Assembly: GCF_006345805.1 (NCBI RefSeq)
Contig: NC_042999.1
Coordinates: 92,442,001 to 92,506,000 of the forward strand
DNA length: 64,000 nucleotides
Origin: Octopus sinensis
Taxonomy: Eukaryota
Direction of reading: 5' to 3'
How positions within the stretch are numbered: position 1 is the stretch's first letter; every line of letters starts with the position of its first letter. The notes beneath the pieces were generated by a model. The model was not told where the DNA came from. It saw nothing but the letters and a program-made list of their open reading frames with translations, and ran no database searches. Positions 56,175-64,000 of this stretch are shown here, piece after piece. The translations under genes were made by a program, and so were the position numbers.

Positions 56175-56379
56175 CATATATATATACATATATATATATA
56201 TGCGTTAATGTGTGTGTGTGTATGTATGTATGTGTGTGTGTGTAAGAATGAATAACAGACGAACATAAGTAGTACGCAGCACACATATATATATATAGTC
56301 GGAATTGTATGTATTGAGTAACAGGTTAACTTGTGTTAAAGTTTCGTGAACAAGAAATCATGACCATCTCCTCGAATAT

Positions 56380-56760
56380 TTAGAAGCAAAGTGAAGAAAA
56401 CTAAAATGGCTTCTTTTCCTCCAATTCAACCTAAATTTTCCTAGCAATATAATCAAGAGCTTCCTGAATTTAGTAAAGCAACATTTATGTAGATTGTATA
56501 GATACCATAAACATTACAATTCCATGATATTAATGTCAGCAACTCATGTTTAGGCAACATTGCGTCAAGCATCGTAAGGTATAGTAGATGCAAAAACCTA
56601 ACCAATCTACCCTCCCACACTATCCTCTACAACTGAAGAAATCCTGTAGACTATCACCGAAAGCAGTGGTTTATATATCCACACTCACGCCACTCGATAG
56701 TGTTACGAAATACTATACGGACATGACGGCTAACGACTTTAAGGAAAGATATTCGCTTCT
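56380..56760 (+). mobile_element. Penelope-like linker / GIY-YIG fragment interrupted by an RTE
   Basis: NIIKSFLNLVKQH...YHKHYN linker; KAVVYISTLT...KYYTDMTANDFKERY (GIY-YIG). Confidence 0.65.
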
Positions 56761-57200
56761 TACTTGTACTTGTGACGGCGTTCACCCAGGGCGGGTTGAG
56801 CCGGCTTCTTCTCTGGTCCTGACGGCATCACGAACCATGGCGGCCTACGCTCGACAGTCCTGTGCGAGGTCACTAGAGATAGCGAGCCATTCGTGGTTCC
56901 ATCTGCACAGACCGACCACCTGCGGACCTGAGAGTTCGGAGAGATCCTCCTATATTGTCGTTGCCCAGGTCTTCAGCTGCCTGCCTATGCGTTTGCGCCA
57001 GTTGGGAAGTGGAGGTGGGAGGAGGACATGGCAAATCAGCTCGCCCTATGGACGCCGGGCCGCATGACCGAACCACCTGAAGCATCGTTGTAGAAGCACC
57101 GAAGGGAGGGGCCGGAGATTCAGGCGATGACGAAGACCGGCTGTAAGAACCCGATCAATGCGTCGGCAGCGAAGAATGCAGCGGAGACAGTCATTCGCTT
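56761..57200 (-). mobile_element. GC-rich RTE LINE 3' fragment
   Basis: One frame: DCLRCILRCRRIDRV...LLQRCFRWFGHAARRP*GELI...RKRIGRQLKTWATTI*EDL...LAQDCRA*AAMVRDAV...AGSTRPG*; (CAAGTA)n tail. Confidence 0.85.
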
Positions 57201-58211
57201 CATATGTACATCATCAGATGTAGGGATTGAAGAAACTCTACCGCATTGTTCCGCTTTGTTTGGAGATTCCAGGATACAGAAATACCTTACCCAGCATCAA
57301 ATGATGTATAATCGACAGGGTCCCACCTGGGTCGGCCGAAACTCGCAATCACAAACTCTGTCTCCGAAAAACGCAGCACAATAATAGCGGGTTCAATCCA
57401 ATAATATAAAGACCGACGTTTTATATTGTTCTTGTAGATAATACCCACTTTAGATGTATTTCAAATTATTGATACCCGATTATTCCGCAAAGCCACCCAT
57501 AGACCCAATTATATTATACTTGTTGTCCATGCAAAGACTGCGATCTCTGCCTTTTCTGCAACTCAATGATTCAGGAGATACATCAACCACATCTACGACA
57601 AGTGCCACAGAACTGGCATTCATCTGTTCTTTCTAAATTATAACTACGTTCACATGACCATAACTGATTGTCGGGTGTTAAAAGCAGGAAGCAATTCTCA
57701 CCAACCATGCCTTCAACAATGATGTCGCTGACGCATCAAGTGCCACACTTTGATGACTACAAAAAATCTTTTGTGAACCTTAAAAACACTACAAAATTAA
57801 AGTCGTGACCCGAATTTGGCATATTTGTTTATTTTATTTCCACGTCCGACTGAACCTTAAACAAGAAAAAAACCCCCACCGTATCAAACGAAATTATCAT
57901 CTCACCATATTTTCCCTCCTATCTACCTATATTACCCCACTTCCTACTCACCCACTTTCACTGTCAGCTTTACATCATACTTAATTGTCAGTCACATGGG
58001 CCCAATTATGCGTACCAACCAACCAAATCTACCTATGAACATATAAATTCTATAAAAATCAATGTAATTAACGCTTTGATGTAGGCGAACCAAAACATTT
58101 CGAAGTTACTGTCAACGGTTTCTCTGTAAAAAGTAATACATGTATGTATGTATGTATGTATGTGCGCACATACGCATGAAACACAAACACATATACATAC
58201 ATACATACGCG

Positions 58212-58306
<95 letters not shown>

Positions 58307-58307
58307 C

Positions 58308-58384
<77 letters not shown>

Positions 58385-58525
58385 TTATCTTTCTATTTAT
58401 CTGTGTATATGTATAGCTGAGATATACAGGTACATATATACACAGATATGTGTGTCTCTGTGTGTGTGTATGTACGTGTGTTTGTGTGCGTTTGTGTGTG
58501 TAGTGTGTGAGTGTGTGTGTGTGTG

Positions 58526-58571
<46 letters not shown>

Positions 58572-59398
58572 CGTGCGTGTATGTCTTTGCTCGTAGCTAT
58601 GTATGTGCACTGTTTCAGAAGTTCTACTGATTGTATCTACAAAACACATCATAAACTGTATGTGTCTCAGAGCGTTCACAAAATCCCTTTTATGTCGTTT
58701 GATATTGTTTATCACAGGGACCCCTAAAACCTTCAAAAACATCGCACCGTGTAGACGCATATTAATGGTGTTTTATGTTTATCTCTAAATTTTATCTCTC
58801 TAACGTACTGTTTTGTATGTCAGTTTGTTTGTTTAATTAGCTCTTTCTTTTGTCATAGCTTATTTCACTTCTTTATATCCAATTCATTATGCCTGTCTTT
58901 GTCTCTTTCTAACTTCGTCTCTTCATATGTATGAATATATGTCTGTATGTACGTATATAGACACAGGAATATATATATATATGTAGAAATATATATATAT
59001 ATATATTAATATATATATTATATATATATATATATTATATATAATACATATATATACATATATATACATATCTACGTATATATAATATATATACATATTA
59101 TACATATATATACATATATATACATATATATGTATATATGCGCACCTACATATATATACTTATACATATATGTATATGAATATACACAAACACATATATA
59201 CATACATATAGATATATATCTATGTATATCTATGTATGTATATATATAAATTGTACATATATAAAGATATATATGTGTTTGTAAATGTGTATCTATATAC
59301 ACGCATATCTATATATGTATATATATATAAGTGTATATATATATATATATATGTATATATATACATATATATATTATATAAATGTATATACACACACA

Positions 59399-59485
<87 letters not shown>

Positions 59486-60181
59486 TTTATATATATATAT
59501 ATATATCATATGATATAATCTATCAATTATCATACCTCACAATTTCAAGTTTCACATCCAGCAAATACTAAGCTAACACCACTCAATATACATCAACATA
59601 CTGTTAAAATATATTAGGTATTTACAATGCACCAAACGTACGGTTACGATCCTTTCATGCTAACAAACTATATTATAGAAAAGTAAACGACAAAGTCAAA
59701 TACAAGAAACAAGAAAAGTCGAAGGGTCATTCACAATTAATATTATTAAGTTGAATAGTGACTTCGAAATGGTTTGGTTCACCAACATCAAATTGTGAAT
59801 TACTTGCTTTTATTCATTTATATATTATAGTGCGAGAAATAAGTGGGGCCTCATGAATTGTAATTGGGTACAATGTAAGGAGACAGTAGATGTAGTTGAT
59901 TAGGAATTCGGGTGATAGAGGGGGATAAGTGGAAATTTATAATGTTAAAATATAGCGTTTCGAACATAGTGCTTCTTTGGATATACAGAGAAAAGTCCAT
60001 GTAAAATGGTACATGGACAGAGGAAAAGTTATAAGAAAAGAAATGTGACACAGGGACAGAAGTGCGCGGTAACTGAAACCTCTTTATCGCAACCCAAACT
60101 AAAGCTTAATTACCACCCCGCACAAACCCACATACTGAAGGAAGATTTGAACTTAGTAAAGACTATATTAAGCCAAGATTA

Positions 60182-60225
60182 ACTTCAATACATCACGATG
60201 GCTTAGTTGGCCGAAACATTGAAGT
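60182..60225 (+). ncRNA. Degenerate hammerhead-like motif
   Basis: acttca...atcacga-t-ggc(ttagttg)gcc-GAAAC-at-t-gaagt; two core substitutions and ACGT changed to ACAT. Confidence 0.35.
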
Positions 60226-60405
60226 AAGTCGCAGTCAATAATCTTGTTTAAGAATAATAAGTTTGTACTCTACAGAAGCATCAAGTAAGCCATCAGATGA
60301 ATATAAAATTGTTTTTTTATTATAATGAACATGAAAGAAAACATTATCTTATCTGTCTCTCTGCCTGTCTGCCTCTCTGTTTATCTATCTATCTATCTAT
60401 CTATC

Positions 60406-60464
<59 letters not shown>

Positions 60465-61027
60465 CTCTCTCTCTCGCTCTCTCTCTCTCTCTCGCTCTCT
60501 CTATCTCTATCTATCTATCATATATGTGTGTGTGTGTTTGTGTGTTTGCACACACACATACGCATACATGTATATTTGTATACATGTAAGTACATGTCTT
60601 GTATGAATCACGTATGCACAGATGCTCGTATATTTAAATGACATTATTCAACGAAATTAAGTAGAGTTGAATGAGATTTCTCCAGAGCTGTGTGACTACA
60701 TATTTTACGCTTGTACTTCATCTCACGTGTAGCCCCGCATAGTAATTTGAGTGTTGCGTCAAAAAACATTTGAATAGATCTTACACACACATATGCATAC
60801 TTATACACACATATTCTCAAGCACGCATGTACATATTGATATGTATATAATAAATAAACCTAGATAAACGTAGTAATAAAATGTAGTTCATCTAAGGTTG
60901 ATGTTAAATAAATAAGAGTGCACAATGGTTGACGTCTTGATATTTCGTTATCCTTTCTCTTAGAACATTGTTTAACTAAAGACATTAATATATATATGTA
61001 TATAATATGTATATAATATATGTATAT

Positions 61028-61556
61028 ATATATGTGTATATTGGCAGGGCTTGACTGCTAGGAAGTCGGCCGTATGCTAGAAACAGATCATCAACGATCA
61101 AACTACCAAGGAATTCTCTGTAGGAAAAATTCAGCGAACACCAGAACCAAATTTGGCGGGCAACTGCAGCCCTCCATTCAGGAATTTCTTAGCGCGCCAG
61201 AACCTAGACATTTGAAATTTTATCCCTAATGTAATCGGTAAAACTAAGCACGTGTCTGTCTTGGCACGGAAGGCTGGGGTTAGTCTTGTAGTTTACATTT
61301 ACAAAGAACGAATGCACTGATAAAGCACGGACATTTGAATTATGTAAGTAATTCTTTTGTTAAAGGCCGAAACCGAGGTATGCATTTAATTCTGTTTTTT
61401 TATATAAATTTTCATCTGTCCTGCCCGCCAAATTTGGTTCTGGTGTTCGCTGAATTTTTCCTATAGAGAATTCCTTTGTAGTTTGATCGTTGATGATCTG
61501 TTTCTAGCATACGGCCGACTTCCTAGCAGTCAAGCCCTGCTAATATACACATATAT
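61028..61556. mobile_element. MITE/foldback element with 135-bp arms
   Basis: Arms 61028-61162 / 61422-61556, 3 mismatches counted; 259-bp spacer. Confidence 0.9.
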
Positions 61557-61658
61557 TAGAATTTTCTCTGACTTCTCAGATTTTTTGTATGCTAGACTAC
61601 TGGTTTTAATTGATATTAAAATTAATATTAATTTATCTCCCTCATTATTTAAATATTG

Positions 61659-61752
<94 letters not shown>

Positions 61753-61797
61753 TGTTTCCTGTTCATGCGTGATCCCTGTTTATGCGAGTTACCTGTT

Positions 61798-61880
61798 CAT
61801 CCTGATGAGGGGGTCATTGCCATGATGCACTTTAAATGCAATCGAACCGCGGTAATGAGCTCCCGAAATGGGTATAGATG
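61798..61880 (+). ncRNA. Intact type I hammerhead ribozyme with 13-bp stem II
   Basis: catc-CTGATGA-gggggtcattgcc...ggtaatga(g)ctccc-GAAAT(gggt)ATA-gatg; predicted cut after A61876. Confidence 0.8.
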
Positions 61881-62640
61881 TATTTGAATTGATTTTGTGG
61901 ATCTCTTTTTGCTCATGGACACTAACCCACGATGGTTTTAAGAATTGAACTTTTTGGACGTACTTTTGTGAGTGGTGGTGGTGGGGTAAAAAAACATTAA
62001 AAATATTTTTAGTCGATTGATATTATATTTTAATCTTAGTTTATTTAGTTTTTTAGTAGCATGACACGCTTTAGAATTTTTATGAATGTTTAGTCGTTAT
62101 ATTTACCTTTTGGTAGGCCGTTCCATATATTTGTATTTTATTTGCATATATATATTTTTACTTTCTGCGTTTTTATGTATATGTATATTTTTATATGTTT
62201 TAAGAACCATGGTAATACTTATATATGATCCAATGTTTGAGGTAAGGTGCTATATATAAAGTCGTTGACTCGAATTTGATCTATGATCAATGTTTCCTTA
62301 TATTTGTCTTATTTACATTTGAGCACTTCTTTTTTGCAGTCCTTTAAACCCTTATGTGTCTATAAAAAAGACAAAAATTGATTCTTATCGTATACATACA
62401 TACATACATACATACATACATACATTCATACACACACACACAAACACACACACACACACACAACACACACACACACACACACAACACACACACACACATA
62501 TATGTAACTACATGTAGATCGTTGTCAATTTTTCCTCCATCTTCCTTTTGTCTTGAACTACATTTCCTTCCTTCCCTGAGCGTCTGTTAATACTTTGCAT
62601 GTACCACGTGTGTGTGCCTATGTATGTATGTATATATCCT

Positions 62641-62703
<63 letters not shown>

Positions 62704-62852
62704 TGTAAGAAGGTTGAATTTAGATTCCTCCTTTAATTTGGAGTTTTCCAAAAAAGATTTCTAATATTGATTCTTCATATTTTACTGGTAGTTTACAGGC
62801 GTAAATTTTTGAATATGAAAATAACACTTTTATATGATGCGTTGTGAATTTA

Positions 62853-63199
62853 TGGAAAGAAATCCCATAAAACTCAACAATTTAGTTGAAAATGAAGAAG
62901 AAAAGTTGTTAAAATACATAAGAGAATTTTAATTCATGCAGACGATCGTTTCGTACAGAGATATAAAAATAATGCAAATTCATGGTTGAATTGAATTAAA
63001 GTAAATCAATTAAATTAATTAATTATATATAAATTTGTTTACTAAATTTAATTTAATTCAATTCAACCATGAATTTGCATTATTTATATATCTCTGTATG
63101 AAACGATCGTCTGCATGAATTAAAATTCTCTTATATATTTTAACAAATTCTCTTCTCCATTTTTAACTAAATTGTTGAGTTTTAGTGGATTTCTTTCCA
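62853..63199. repeat. Long hairpin: 148-bp inverted arms with a 51-bp AT spacer (PLE-terminus-like)
   Basis: Arms 62853-63000 / 63052-63199, roughly 90% complementary. Confidence 0.9.
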
Positions 63200-63221
63200 A
63201 AAATATATTTGGATATATATA

Positions 63222-63290
<69 letters not shown>

Positions 63291-64000
63291 GTGTGTGTGT
63301 GTGTGTGTGTGTGTGCGTGAGAGAGAGAGAGAAAAAGAGAGTGACAGAGAAAGAGAGAGAGAGAAAAGAGAGAGAGAGAGAGAGAGAATATGTATATGTC
63401 GCTTATATCTATTTTCTGATAAGCCTACCTGCTATTTGAGATACCAGTGACAGAAAGATCACTACTACTCTATGTATCGTTGGCAGTGACATTTTGCTGC
63501 TATGCAGCAATTGGACGCTTACAACTGAAGAAGCACCGCACGTTGAAATCAAGTGACCTGGCAGTCTCTGCAGCTGTGTAATACGGTTTTTGTCATTGCT
63601 TTTATCGACGTACTTATATAAAGGAACCTCCTAATCCGAATATTGCGGTATTCGGCGTTCTAATAATACATCCACATTAAGTTATAAAGATTGGTGCTCG
63701 GTATTTATTCTGCATCCGTCTTTAATACACATACACACACGCACACATACACACACAACACAATGCACATACTCACACATACACGCACACACACATATAT
63801 ATACATACACATATGTATTTACTTACATAGACATATACGATCTGGAGTACTCAATAACGTGTTGCAGTGTATTTAGTTTTTTTAAACTAAGTATCTTGTG
63901 ACGAGTTTGATTTTGCTGCGATCCTCAGTCGAAAACGATCCAATTTGGTCGTGCTCGTCATTTATTCCCGCTAGTGTAGTTATGATCTATTTTGGGGGTA

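Noticed and set aside
63523-63560. CTGAAGA...GAAA
   Set aside because: Weak stem II without G-C closure, no U16.1 pairing and no stem I.

Overview
AT-rich, microsatellite-dense eukaryotic DNA with no recognisable host-gene exon; it is intergenic or deep intronic. The SINE families and the (TA)n/(ATCT)n/(CA)n load resemble an octopus (cephalopod) genome, which is an inference. Most listed ORFs are microsatellite translation artefacts. The real coding content is transposon debris: a young CR1-like LINE (39.8-41.9 kb), R4/Dong-like RLE LINEs, RTE fragments, several Penelope-like elements (PLEs), Gypsy LTR pieces, hAT, Tc1/mariner, Helitron/Helentron fragments, MITEs and many tRNA-derived SINEs. 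The most notable signal is about 10 hammerhead-ribozyme (HHR)-like motifs on both strands, mostly in PLE-type termini. Two have intact catalytic cores and unusually long stem II (44561-44661 minus; 61798-61880 plus), one has a compensatory U3:A8 core (10933-10976), and a two-copy family has a CCGANGA+A core. Other points of interest are a palindromic deletion junction in the CR1 RT, a SINE-LINE shared tail, a chimeric LTR element and a GC-rich RTE fragment. All assignments were made by eye from motifs; no searches were run.
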